Source: Pristiophorus japonicus
Taxonomy: Eukaryota
Length of the DNA: 64,000 bases
Reading direction: 5' to 3'
NCBI RefSeq assembly: GCF_044704955.1
Contig: NC_091979.1
Span: 316,386,001 to 316,450,000, forward strand
Below are positions 11,560 through 22,866 of this stretch, one piece after another. The translations under genes and the position numbers were made by a program. Within the stretch, counting starts at the first letter, position 1. Each line of letters begins with the position of its first letter. The notes under the pieces were generated by a model that was not told the DNA's origin, did not search any database, and worked only from the letters and a program-made list of their open reading frames with translations.

Positions 11560-12900
11560 GTATAGTCAGGATGTTCTGGGGTCTTTGTGGGCCCGATCAG
11601 AGGCCGGTTAGTTGGCTGCAGAGTTCAGAGGATGGGTGGCTGCTTGTGCTGCAATGGAAATGGTGACACTGGCCATCAGATGCTGCATCATGGTTGGGTC
11701 CACAAGTGTGCGAACAGAGTTTGCCACCACTTCCATGCCCTGTGCCAAGCTGGTGAAGACTCCTCCATGCTCCGTGACATTGACCACAGGCTTTCTGGCA
11801 GGCCTGCCAATGCACCAAGCCTTCATTGTGCAAACCCGTCAGCGTTCCTCTGTCGGCTGCCCCATCGAACTCCGTATCTGAGTCCTCGGCAATGAAACCT
11901 GTCTGTGCCCTCGCCCTCCGGTGAGCTGGCACCTGTGCTATCCTTGCCACCTGCCCTGGCTGCAACCCACTCGTGCTCGGTGTCTCACCACGTGCAGATC
12001 CCGCCTCTAATCTATCCTCTAACATAGCAGTGTCAGTATCTGAGCCGGTGGCTGTGAGTGTGAAATCAAGTGACGGTCACTCTCTTCTTGCTGTTCCTCC
12101 ACTGCCTGGGCAGATTGCAACTCTTGTGTATCTGAAAGGAAAAAGGCACAAGAATAAGTTGTGGTGCAAGGAAGTGAGGGGAAAGTAAGAGGTACGTGCT
12201 TACACCATCTGCAGCTTGTAAATCAGCTTGTGGGATGAGAGGAAAATGGGATGGTTTTAGCCCTGTCGCTGGCCACTTGTTCAACTTTGGGCATCTCAAT
12301 AAAGGCCAGCACCATCTCCTCCACGGGTGTGAGGACATGCAGACGCGCCTGTCCCCTCCAGTTAGCACCTGCTGCATTTGGTTGTATGCCACCTTGTCCA
12401 GTGAGAGAGAGGGAAGCGTGTCAGTGACTTTCGTGCAAACTGTTTGGCTGATGTGGCTGTCATGGTTGAATAGCTGGCTGAGTGTGCAAGCTGTGAGATG
12501 TCGGAGTTCAGTGTGTGAGGGCGAAGTGAAGCTACGGATGTGAGGTATGGGGCCTGTTGGTTGTTGTAGAGATTGTTGGTAGGTGAGCGATGGGGATGTG
12601 GTGAATTGAGCAGTGGGTGTGGCTCGTGTTGCAGTTGGGAAGACATGGCATTTGAAGATGCATTCACTGACCTTGACCACTCATGTGAGGTCATTGAACT
12701 TCTTGCAGCACTGTATCCAGGTCCTCGGGGCTTGACTCCGGGCACTGACCACCACGGCTATCTACTTCCACTTCCTTTTGACCGTGTGTCTGGAGGGCCT
12801 CCGGCCCCACTGTGGATACAGAACATCTCGCCTCCTTTCCACCTCCTCCAGCAAGACCTCCAGTTCTCCATCCGACAAACTTGGTGCCCGCTAGCTCCCC
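11560..12900 (-). pseudogene. Harbinger-type Myb/SANT-like DNA-binding protein gene remnant (spliced)
   Basis: ELEVLLEEVERRRDVLY...W..IAVVVSA...RTWIQC.KKFNDL, then a downstream segment DKVAYNQ...TGG; in-frame stops (TAG in this copy, TGA after KKFNDLT in all copies). Confidence 0.72.
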
Positions 12901-13032
12901 TGTTGTGTGGTTAGCACTAGTTGGATACACAGATCATTCAAATGAGCAGGCAGCACAAAGTTGACTTGCTGCCTGCATTGCAATCAACAGCCACGGGTTC
13001 ATTGCATTTCATGATCCCTGCACCCATCTTTT

Positions 13033-14310
13033 ATGAATGGGAAATTGTATTTGACAAATCTGTTTGAGTTTTTTGAAGATGTAACTTGCAGGATGGATAA
13101 GGGGGAAACCAGTGGGTGTAGTGTATTTTGATTTTCAAAAAACATTCGATAAGGTGTCACACAAGAGGTTATTACACAAAATTACGTCTCATGGTATTGG
13201 GGGTAATATATTAGCATGGATTGAAACTGGTTAATGGACAGAAAACAGAGAGTAGGAATAAACAAGAATGTTTAAGTTTGGCAGGCTGTGACTAGAGGGG
13301 TACCTCAAGGTTCAGTGCTTGGGCCTCAGCTATTTACAATCTATATTAATGACTTCGATGAAGGGACAGTGTAAAACGTATCCAACTTTGCTGATGTTAC
13401 AAAGTTAGGTGGGAAAGTAAGCTGAGAGGAGCACACAAAGAGGCTGCAGAGAGATAAAGGCCCCTATTTTCTACTTGCTGGATTTTTGGTGCCCACACAT
13501 GTTAATGTATGATTTTTTTCTGTACGTTTGCGGCAGAGAAAAAAAATTGGGACTTTCGTCAAATAAATATTTGAATTTGCCGTAATGCTCTCCGAAGTTA
13601 GTTTGGGGCGGAGCTACAAGTCTACGGTAAAAACTCTCTGGGCATGCGCGAAAAGCTGAAGTTGCCAGGACAACCAGAGATGCTGATGCAAGCTAAAACC
13701 CGCTCCCCTGAAAGGACTACTCCCCACCGGCGGGACCCGCTGCAATCTCCGGCCGAATGGCCCTCCCGCTCCTGAACTTCAACTCGCAGGGTGACCGGGG
13801 GGGGCCATTCAGTCCGGGATTGTAGTGGGTCCAGCCGGTGATGAACAGTCCTTTCGGGAGATTGTAGTGGGTCCAGCCGGTGGGGAACAGTCCTTTCAGG
13901 GGATTGTAGTGGGTCCAGCCGGTGAGGAACAGTCCTTTCGGGGGATTGTAGTGGGTCCAGCCGGTGAGGAACAGTTCTTTCGGCCGGGGATTGTAGCGGG
14001 TCCAGCCAGTGGGGAACAGTCCTTTCGGCCGGGGATTGTAGCGGGAGGAGCAGTCCTTTCGACCGGAAATATTCTTCCCTTGCTCCAAAAAGAGTTCCCC
14101 GTGAAAAAAATGAGGAGAAATATCTTCACTCAAAGGGGTGTGAACCTTGGCAATTCTCTACCCCAGAGAGCTGTGGATGCTCAGTCGTTGAGTATATTCA
14201 AGACAGAGGCCGATAAAATTTTGGGAATAAAGGGAATTAAAGGATATGGGGATAGTGCGGGAAGGTGGAATTGAGGTCCTCCTGCTCTGATTTTGAATGT
14301 TCTTATGTCT
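13033..14310 (+). mobile_element. Plus-strand CR1 LINE fragments interrupted by a GC-rich insert (~13458-14100)
   Basis: [25 protein letters not shown] and FAD-like motifs, then MRRNIFTQRGVNLGNSLPQRAV 3' end. Confidence 0.8.
13816..14060. repeat. ~43-bp minisatellite, 5 units plus a partial
   Basis: Unit gggattgtagtgggtccagccggtg(a/g)ggaacagtcctttc(g/a)g, contiguous with no spacers. Confidence 0.95.
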
Positions 14311-14581
14311 TCGGGGCTGTCCAATTTAGCCCCCCGCCCCACCGCCCTCCCACACACAGGTGTCTGTGCAGCCCCTCCAATACCTTAAAACTAGTTTCCA
14401 GCATTGCACAGACCTGGGACAATACCTCCACAGAAAAGCTGAACCCTTCCAGGGGCTGCTTTTCCAATAGGTCTAAATATGATGTGAGGCGTCTGCAGCC
14501 TCTCCCAATGTTAGATTCTTCCATTGTCCCATTCCTCTGGATCTTCCCAACCATTCCTCCCTCATCTTTCTCTAATAGCAC
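14303..14581 (-). pseudogene. Possible Harbinger (HARBI1-like) transposase N-terminal remnant
   Basis: RRLTSYLDLLEKQPLEGFSFSVEVLSQVCAMLE resembles the R.SYLDLSE.QC..RLRF..EV..EIC..L segment of Harbinger transposases (recalled, not aligned). Confidence 0.4.
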
Positions 14582-14780
14582 TAGCAGCTAGCAGTGTAAG
14601 GGCCATGTTTCACTCCACAATCAACAGCTGTTCAGTTTACTGCCTGTGTTAAAGGCTGGTCTGAATGTTCCTTACAGAGCTGGTACAGTTCACCATCACA
14701 AAGTGTGGATTATGAGTGACACTTACTGTCAGCATTAGCACAGATCAATGACACAAATAAAATTGTAGTTATAGTATCTT

Positions 14781-14786
14781 TTTATT
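14781..14786 (-). terminator. Candidate IFIT polyadenylation signal AATAAA (alternatives at ~14867 and ~15179)
   Basis: tttatt on the plus strand, followed on the minus strand by a T/GT-rich tract; would give a ~1.3 kb 3' UTR. Confidence 0.4.
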
Positions 14787-14930
14787 GGTTATTTTAACAC
14801 TCAATCTCTGATATTACAGCAAATTAACATTTCTCATTGGGAAATCTGTATCTGCAACTATAAAGCTTTATTATTTTTCATCATTTTAACTTATTTTTAT
14901 ATCCCTTAGCCGTGGTGGAAATTAACCGCT

Positions 14931-15334
14931 TCCATTGAAGAGGCAGGAAATCAGGGAGCTGCGGGCGGCTCGTTACAGGGAGAGAGAGAACATAATCTTT
15001 CTTCAGGCGTGATACCGACCATCCCGTTTTAACAATGTCAATGACTGAGGCTCCTTGTCAGCAGTGGGATGAATAAAATTAAGCCCACATTATTCTGAAG
15101 GAGCACTGGCACTCATCCTGTCCCCCACCAAACAATAATTCATCTCTTATTCAGGACTCTGATGCTGTCCCGCCAGGTTTTATTGAGCAAAGGGCCCGCG
15201 GTTGTTGCTTCACCCGACAGGCTGTTGTTCCCCATCCATTGAAGAGGCTGCAAATCAGGGAGCTGCGGGCGGCTCGTTACACAGAGAGAGAGAGAAATTA
15301 ATCTTTCTTCAGGCATGATACCGGCCATCCCGTG
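14931..15334. repeat. ~97-bp direct repeat pair (14931-15027 and 15235-15334)
   Basis: tccattgaagaggc...aaatcagggagctgcgggcggctcgttaca...taatctttcttcaggc.tgatacc...catcccgt occurs twice. Confidence 0.85.
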
Positions 15335-16057
15335 TAGCAGGGAAATTGCACAATCCGGGTGAAATCGGCCGAACCAGTGTAAAAGATCGCAGAAACTCGA
15401 GCATAAGTTCTGTCAAGCATCAACCGAGATTTCCGGGATCTTTAACCCTGGTTTAAAAAGCTTTCTGTCCGAAGCTGGCGCCGCCCACAAAACTGGTCAC
15501 ACCCCCAGATAGAAATAACGAGGATGGTGAGTTTCCGCCCATTGCGTCCATTTGCAACCTTTCGAGGAGCGTTTTCAAATTGAGCTGGTTTTCTGAGGTG
15601 CCCAGGCACTAGTAGGCACAATTTAATAGGTTTTACATCTTAAAAATATTTAAATTATTAAAAGTCTGACTAGTGTACAACAATAAAACTTATAACTGGT
15701 TCAGTATAGATTTTAAAGCCATTTACATCACCTTAAATCAGGTAAAGCACAGCTGAAAGACTGACTAAAAATATTTAATTTTGCAGATTACATCCATTTT
15801 CAGCTGTATCAATAAAGCTGCACCAATTGCCACTCTTAAATATATCAATGAATATTTTTAATGCAAAAAATAACTGATTATATTCTGTTACACTGACTGA
15901 CTGCACTGGTTCTTGGAAGATTTTACGTTTGTAATTAAGCAAATGCATTTAGTGGAAACTTAAACTGTAAGCTAACCAGCGTAACTTCAAGTGCAATTTG
16001 CACCCAAAGCAGAAACTCTACCCGCTGTGTTTAGTTTTAGCTGGGAGAGTCGTTGAT

Positions 16058-17510
16058 TTAGATAGAAAGGCGTAATTCACAAAGAGCACTTAGATATTCT
16101 TCATTGTCACAATCAAACTCCAAGGCCTTTTCAAAGCACTCAATAGCTTCACACTTCTCCCCATCCAGCTGGTGCAGTAACCCAAGAACACCAAAGGCCT
16201 TGCTGTCTCTGGGATTCCTGTCAATTTGTTTTGTTGCAATCTTTCTCAAGTTTTCGCGACACAATTGCCATTCCACTGTGTCACGTTGGATTTTAAGTCC
16301 TTCCAGAAAATAGCTGATGGCATTTGATTCAGATCTTTTGTGATGCAGTTCAAATAACCCAAACTGCGCATATACTGCCTGCTTATTATCAGGATGAAAA
16401 TCATCTAATTTCAGTAGATTACTGTAAATCTCCTCTGCTTTGAGATATTCTCCATTTAATGAACAGATTTCTGCAAAATCCAGTTGTGCACAAATAAATG
16501 TTAATGGGCGGGGCTCAAATGCCTTTTCAAAATGGTACTTGCATAGTTTGATCAACTCAGCTTTCTGTTGAAAAGCAGCATTGCGAGGGTCTTTGCTGCC
16601 TGGATATTTGATCAGTTGAAATAGTTTTTTTCTGTAACACAGACCTATTTGGTGGTGTATGAAGGTTGAGTTTGGGCTAATTTCTAATGCTTTCTTCAAT
16701 AGCTCCACAGCTTTTTCCACATTTCCTTCTCTTCTGTAAAATTTTGCTGCGTAACGAGTTACATATGGAAGATCAGGGGACTTCTGCAATGCTTGTTCAA
16801 CTAATTTCAGTGCTTCCTCCTTTTGATTGAACTCTTGTAGTTTTAGAGCCAACATTACCATGGCTACAGAGTCATCTGGATCAAGTTCCAGCACACGTTG
16901 TAACCGCTTCACTGATTGGCTGCGGTCACCACTCTCTGGGGTACTAGAAAACCCTTCCAGACGGAACAGAACAGTCGCATAGCCAACGTTCCATTCAGTG
17001 TCATCAGGATCTTCCTCCAGAGCCTTCTCAAAACATTCCTTTGCCTCTTCATAATATTTCCTGGAAGATTTCAACAGTGACCAACCCTTCTCCCCGTATA
17101 CTTCAGGTATCAGTGCTGTATACCGAGAGCCATCAGTAAATTGTTTACAGATCATCTCCAGCTTGTCGAGGTAGGACTGGGCCTCTGTCAGTTGGCCCAT
17201 GTGATAATATACCCAGGCATAGTTTCCACAGGTGATGATGCTTCTTCTTTCAAATTCATGTTCATGGTTCTCCCTCAGAATCTTTTCAGCTTCCTTTAAG
17301 TTTTGAATTGCCTCTTCACAGTTGCCTTGCAGACAGTTTACAAAAGCGAGGTGGTTGTAAGACCTGGCCTGATATTTCACACCAGCCTGTATTGAATCTT
17401 GCAATCTATACTTCATGTCGTCCAAGTCAATGTTTTCTTTCTGTGGGCCCCATGTGAAGTGACATTGAAGCCAATCGAGACTCACTTTCAACAAATCCTT
17501 CTGTGTGTTG
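16058..17510 (-). CDS. IFIT5: IFIT copy B exon 2: interferon-induced protein with tetratricopeptide repeats, IFIT5-like (485 aa with exon 1 at 23683-23687)
   Basis: CHFTW, GNYAWVYYHMG, GWSLLK, YVTRYAAKFYRR, HHQIGLCYR motifs, TPR repeats and C-terminal ALCELRLSI; acceptor ttttgttctcttgcAG|C completes Ser2. Symbol means IFIT5-like; orthology not established. Confidence 0.93.
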
Positions 17511-17784
17511 CTGCAAGAGAACAAAATTCATCAAAACCCGTCTCAGACTGGCTGTGTCACCCCCTCCCCTCTCTCCGGTTTCTTTAACTAAAGCCTTCTC
17601 CCGACTCCTGGACCCACTGACCATGAAATCTCTGCAAAAACCACTGCTAACGGTAAAGGGATGACTGCAAATCTCAGCTGTACTTACACTGGTCTCCTTC
17701 ATGCTGGCTGATGTACCAGCTCGTGGCCATTTAGACTTCTCACCCAATGTGCAGCATCACCTCAAACACCTCCACTCCCAATGA

Positions 17785-20100
17785 TACAAGAACATAACAA
17801 ATAGGAGCAGTAGTAGGCCACCTGTCCCCTTGAGCCTGCTCCAACATTTAATAAGATCATGGCTGATCTGATCATGGACTCAGCTCCACTTCCCTGCCAA
17901 CTGCCCATAAACCTTTATTCTCTTATCGCTCAAAAATCTGTCTATCTCCATCTTAAATATATTCAATGACCCAGCCTCTACAGCTCTCTGGTGTAGAGAA
18001 TTCCATAGATTTCCAACCCTCTGAGAAGAAATTCCTCCTCATCTCTGTTTTAAATGGGCGGCCCCTTATTCTGAGACTATGTCCCCTAGTTTTAGTTTCC
18101 CCGAAGAGTGAAAATATCCTCTCTGCATCCATCTTGTCGAGCCCCCTCATGATCTTACATGTTTCGATATGATCACCTCTCATTCTTCTGAACTCCAATG
18201 TGTATAGGCCCGACCTATTCAACCTTTCTTCATAAGTCAGCCCCCTCATCTCCAGAATCAACCGAGTGAACCTTCTCTGAACAACCTCCAATGCAAGTAT
18301 ATCCTTCCTTAAATACGGAGACCAAAATTGCACTCCAGTACTCCAAGTATGGCCTTACCAATACCTGTACATCCATAGCAGGACTTCTCTGCTTTTATAC
18401 TCTATCCCCCCTGCAATAAAGGCCAACATTCCATTTGCCTTCCTGATTACTTGCTGTATCTGCATACTAACTTTTTGTGTTTCATGCACAAGGACCCCCA
18501 GATCCCCCTGTTCTGCAGCACTTTGCAATTGTTCTCCATTTAAATTATAATTTGCTTTTCCATTTTTTCTGCCAAAGTGGATAACCTCACATTTTTCCAC
18601 ATTATACTCGATCTGCAAAATTTTTGCCCACTTCTTTTAAGACCCTAGGCTGTAAGCTATCAGGTCCAGGGGACTTGTCTGCCTTTAGTCCCATTATTTT
18701 ACCAAGTACTACTTCATTAGTGATAGTGATTGTATTAAGTTCCTCCCTCCCTATAGCCCCTTGATTATCCAATATTGGGATGTTTTTAGTGTCTTCTACC
18801 TTGAATACCAATACAAAATATTTGTTCAACGTCTCTGCCATTTCCCTGTTCTCCATTATTAATTCCCCCGTCTCATCTTCTAGGGGACCAACATTTACTT
18901 TAGCCATTCTTTTCCTTTTTATGGTCCTGTAGAAACTCTTACCATCTGTTTTTATGTTTCGTGCTATTTTACTTTCATAATCTATCTTCCCTCTCTTTAT
19001 CATTTTTTTAGACCTTCTTTGCTGGATTTTAAAAGTTTCCCAGTCCTCTGGCCTCCCACTAATCTTGGCCACATTGTATGCCCTTCTTTTCAATTTGATA
19101 CCATTCCTTATTTCCTTAGTTAGCCACGGATGGTTACCCCTTCTCTTACAGTCTTTCCTTCTCATTGGGATATATTTTTGTTGCATGTTATGAAATATCT
19201 CCTTAAATGTCTGCCACTGCTCATCAACTGTCCCATACTTTAATCTATTTTCCCAGTCCACTTTAGCCAACTCTGCCTTCATACCTTTGTAGTCTCCTTT
19301 ATTTATGCTAAGGACTCTGGTTTGAGAACCAACTTTCTCACCCTCCAACTGAATTTGAAATTCAATTGATTGATGGTCACTCATTCCTAGAGGATCCTTT
19401 ACTATGAGATCATTTATTAATCATGTCTCATTACACAGTACCAGAACTAAGATAGCCTGCTCCCTGGTTGGTTCCGCAATGTACTGTTCAAGGAAACCAT
19501 CCTGGATACACTCTATGAACTCTATCTCTAGGCTACCCTGGCCAATTTGCTTTGTCCAATCAATATGAACTTTAAAATCACCCATGATTATTGCCGTTCC
19601 TTTATTACAAGCCTCCATTATTTCTTGATTTATGCTGCATCCAACAGTGTAGCTACTGTTAGGGGGCCTATAGACTACACCCACCAGCGACTTTTTCTCC
19701 TTATTATTCCTTCTCTCCACCCAAACTGATTCAATACCTTGATCTTCTGTGCCAATATCGTTTCTCACTAATGCACTGATCTCAGCCTTTATTAATAGAG
19801 CCACTCTACGGCTTTTTCCTTTCTGTCTATCCTTCCGAATTGTCAAATACCCCTGAATATCTAGTTCCCAGACTTGGTCACCTTGCAACCACGGTTTTGA
19901 AATGGCTATCATATCATATGCATTTGTATCTATTTATGCCATCACCCCATCTCTTTTGTTAAATTACCATTTTTTCCAACTTTGACCCCACTTTCTGATA
20001 CACCTTTATGTTTATGCATTCTGTCCCTTCCTGGCACTCTCTGGTTTTCATTTCCCCCAGTGCAACTTTGATCTATTGCCTTTTCCTTATTCTTTGACTT
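17785..20100 (-). mobile_element. CR1 LINE in IFIT intron (endonuclease and partial ORF2, internal RT deletion)
   Basis: GVVYRPPN, IIMGDF, SDHQSIEF, KSPGPD joined directly to KCEVIHFGRKN and the 3' end. Confidence 0.9.
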
Positions 20101-20109
20101 TTTAAATTT

Positions 20110-21600
20110 TCGCTCACCCGAATCAGCTTCAAGCCCTCTCTACAGCCCTAGTTATTTGATTTGCCAGGACCCTAGTCCCAGCACAGTCTAAGTGTGGAGC
20201 CCGTCCCAATGGAACAGCTCCCTCTGACCACTGTACTGGTGCCAGTGTCCCATGAACCAAAACCCATTTCTCCCATACCAGTCTTTGAGCCACGTGTTTA
20301 ACTCGCTGATCTTATTTACCCTATATAAATTTGCTCATGGCTCGGGTAGGAATAGAAACATAGAAACATAGAAAATAAGTGCAGGAGTAGGTCATTCAGC
20401 CCTTCGAGCCTGCACCACCATTCAATAAGATCATGGCTGATCATTCACCTCAGTACCCCTTTCCTGCTTTCTCTCCATACCCCTTGATCCCTTTAATTGT
20501 AAGGGCTATATCTAACTCCCTCTTGAATATATCCAATGAACTGGCCTCAACAACTCTCTGCGGTAGGGAATTCTACAGGTTAACAACTCTCTGAGTAAAG
20601 AAGTTTCTTCTCATCTCAGTCCTAAATGGCTTACCCCTTATCCTTAGACTGTGACCCCTGGTTCTGGACTTCCCCAACATCGGGGACATTCTTCCTGCAT
20701 CTAACCTGTCCAATCCCGTCAGAATTTTATATGTTTCTATGAGATCCCCTCTCAATCTTCTAAATGCCAGTGAATACAGGCCCAATTGATCCAGTCTCTC
20801 CTCATATGTCAGTCCTGCCATCCCTGGAATCAGTCTGGTGAACCTTTGTTGCACTCCCTCAATAGCAAGAACGTCCTTCCTCAGATTAGGAGACCAAAAC
20901 TGAACACAATATTCCAGGTGAGGCCTCACCAAGGCCCTGTACAACTGCAGTAAGACCTCCCTGCCCCTGTACTCAAATCCCCTCGCTATGAAGGCCAACA
21001 TACCATTTGCCTTCTTCACCGCCTGCTGTACCTGCATGCCAACTTTCAATGACTGACGTACCATGACACCCAGGTCTCGTTGCACCTCCCCTTTTCCTAA
21101 TCCAGAGATTATTACCTTTGTGGTTCTGCTTTTTAATTTGGCCCCTAGCTGCTCATACTCTCTCAGCAGAACCTCTGTCTTGGTCCTATCTATGTCGTTG
21201 GTACCCAAGTGGACCATGACAACTGGATCTTCCCCCTCCCACTCCAAATTCCTCTCCAGCCCTGAGGAGATGTCATTAACCCTGACACCGGGCCGGCAAC
21301 ACAGCCTTCGGGACTCACGCTCTTGGCTGCAGTGAACCTTATCTGTCCCCCTAATGATACTGTCCCCACCACTACAACATTTCTTTTACTCCCCCTGTAC
21401 CACGGTGCTGTAGTCAGTTTGCTCATTCTTCCTGCAGTCCCTGCTCATGTCCATACAGGGAGTAAGAGCCTCGAACCTGTTGGAAAAGAGCATGGGCTGA
21501 TGCTCCTCCATCACTCCATCCTGAGTCCTCATACCTTCCTCACTCGTAGTCACATCCTCCTGTACCTGACCACGGATCGAATTTGAATTAATTACTGCAA
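20110..21600 (-). mobile_element. CR1 ORF1 (esterase-like) fragment with a younger CR1 3' end nested at ~20352-21097
   Basis: SNRFEAL, VVMVHLGTNDI, VIISGL; nested part has LVRPHLEYCVQFW and a gaaacatagaaacatagaaa tail. Confidence 0.85.
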
Positions 21601-21964
21601 CAAACAGTAGGATTGGTTGAACTACTCGGTCTGCCTCTTGGTTCACCAATTACATCTCCTTCTCATTCTAGTATTCCATTCCACAATTGGACTCACCTCA
21701 CTAAAAAGGTCAGTGCTAATTCTAAAACGCTCTCCCTCTCACATTGGCAGTCCAATAATTCACTACTAAATAGGATCTCTAACCTGGTCCTCCACAGGGA
21801 CCCTGCTGTCTCTGACCTAGATCATTCCTCACTCCAACATGCAGAAACTGAAAAGCAGGCCCATTACAATGGTATTTTCAGCATTGACTCTTACCCTGCT
21901 GCAAATCTTCCACTACACCATCGTCCAGGCAAGATGTTAAACCAAGGCAGCATCTGCCTGTCCC

Positions 21965-22866
21965 AGTGGTTCAGGGGGACATTAAGGATTCTATGGCACT
22001 ATTTGAAGAAAGGCAGGGAGTTGTATTTTCCAATATTCTTCCCTGGAGCAACACCACCAGAAACAGATTGGGTGGTCTTTCATCTTGTTGCTATTTTTGG
22101 GAACATGCTGTGTGCTGAGCTTCCGAGCCCAAAACCTCTCCATCGCAAAGACCGTCTACATCCACCCAATCACCTGATCCACCCGTGGCTCATCCATTTA
22201 ATTTCACCACCTGACTCGGATACTCCAATGTTTTCCTGGCCGGATTCCCAACTTCCACCCTTCATAAATGTCAGCCCATCTAAAACTCTGCTAGCTGCAC
22301 CAGTCCCGCTCACCCATCCATGTGTTCGCTGACCTACATTGGGTCCTGATCCACCAATGTCTCACATTTAAAATTCTCATCCTGGTGTTCAAATCCCTTC
22401 ACAGCCTCACCCCTCCGTATCCCCGTAACCTCCTTCAGTTCTATAATCCTCTGTGAATTCTGTGTTCCTCTAACTCGGGCTCGTGTCCATCCCCCACTGC
22501 ACCCACCGATGGTGGCTGAGCCATCAGCCCAGACAGGCCCGGTACTCTGGAATTCCCTCGCTGAACCTCTCCACCTCATTCTCCTCCTTTAAGATCTCCT
22601 TAAAATCTACCCCACCCTCTAAGTATCTCCTTCTTTACCTCGGTGTCCATTGTTGTCTGATTACGTTGCTGTGAAGCGCCTTGGAATGTTTTCCGAGGTT
22701 AAAGGCGCTACATAAATGCCAGTTGTTGTTATTGTGCAAACTGAGCTGTCACATTTCCCGACAAAACAACTGACTACACTGCAAAATAATTCACTGAATG
22801 TGAACTACTTTGGGACATTTCTGAGAGGTGTGATAAGGTGTTACATCAACACAAATTCTTTCTTCC
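21965..22866 (+). mobile_element. DeuSINE (SacSINE1/AmnSINE1-like) split by an L2-type LINE 3' end (~22117-22732)
   Basis: Deu-domain-like atggcactatttgaagaa...gcagggagtt; SINE resumes with gactacact...ctttgggac; insert ends aaaggcgctacataaatgccagttgttgtt; tgtgc on both sides. Confidence 0.65.

Noticed and set aside
800-17510. Reverse transcriptase + TPR protein + repeats as a retron, DGR or prokaryotic defence system
   Set aside because: The RTs are fragmented eukaryotic Tx1 and CR1 LINE ORF2s, and the TPR protein is a spliced vertebrate IFIT.
17511-17524. N-terminus MFSCS of the 488-aa ORF
   Set aside because: Starts at a TTG inside the polypyrimidine tract and acceptor; the real start is in exon 1.
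17427-17747. 106-aa ORF overlapping the start of IFIT exon 2
   Set aside because: Intronic, different frame, no recognisable domain; recurs only because the whole unit is duplicated.
21613-22332. 239-aa plus-strand ORF identical in two units
   Set aside because: Runs across unique DNA, SINE and L2 fragments with a non-ATG start; identity reflects the recent duplication.
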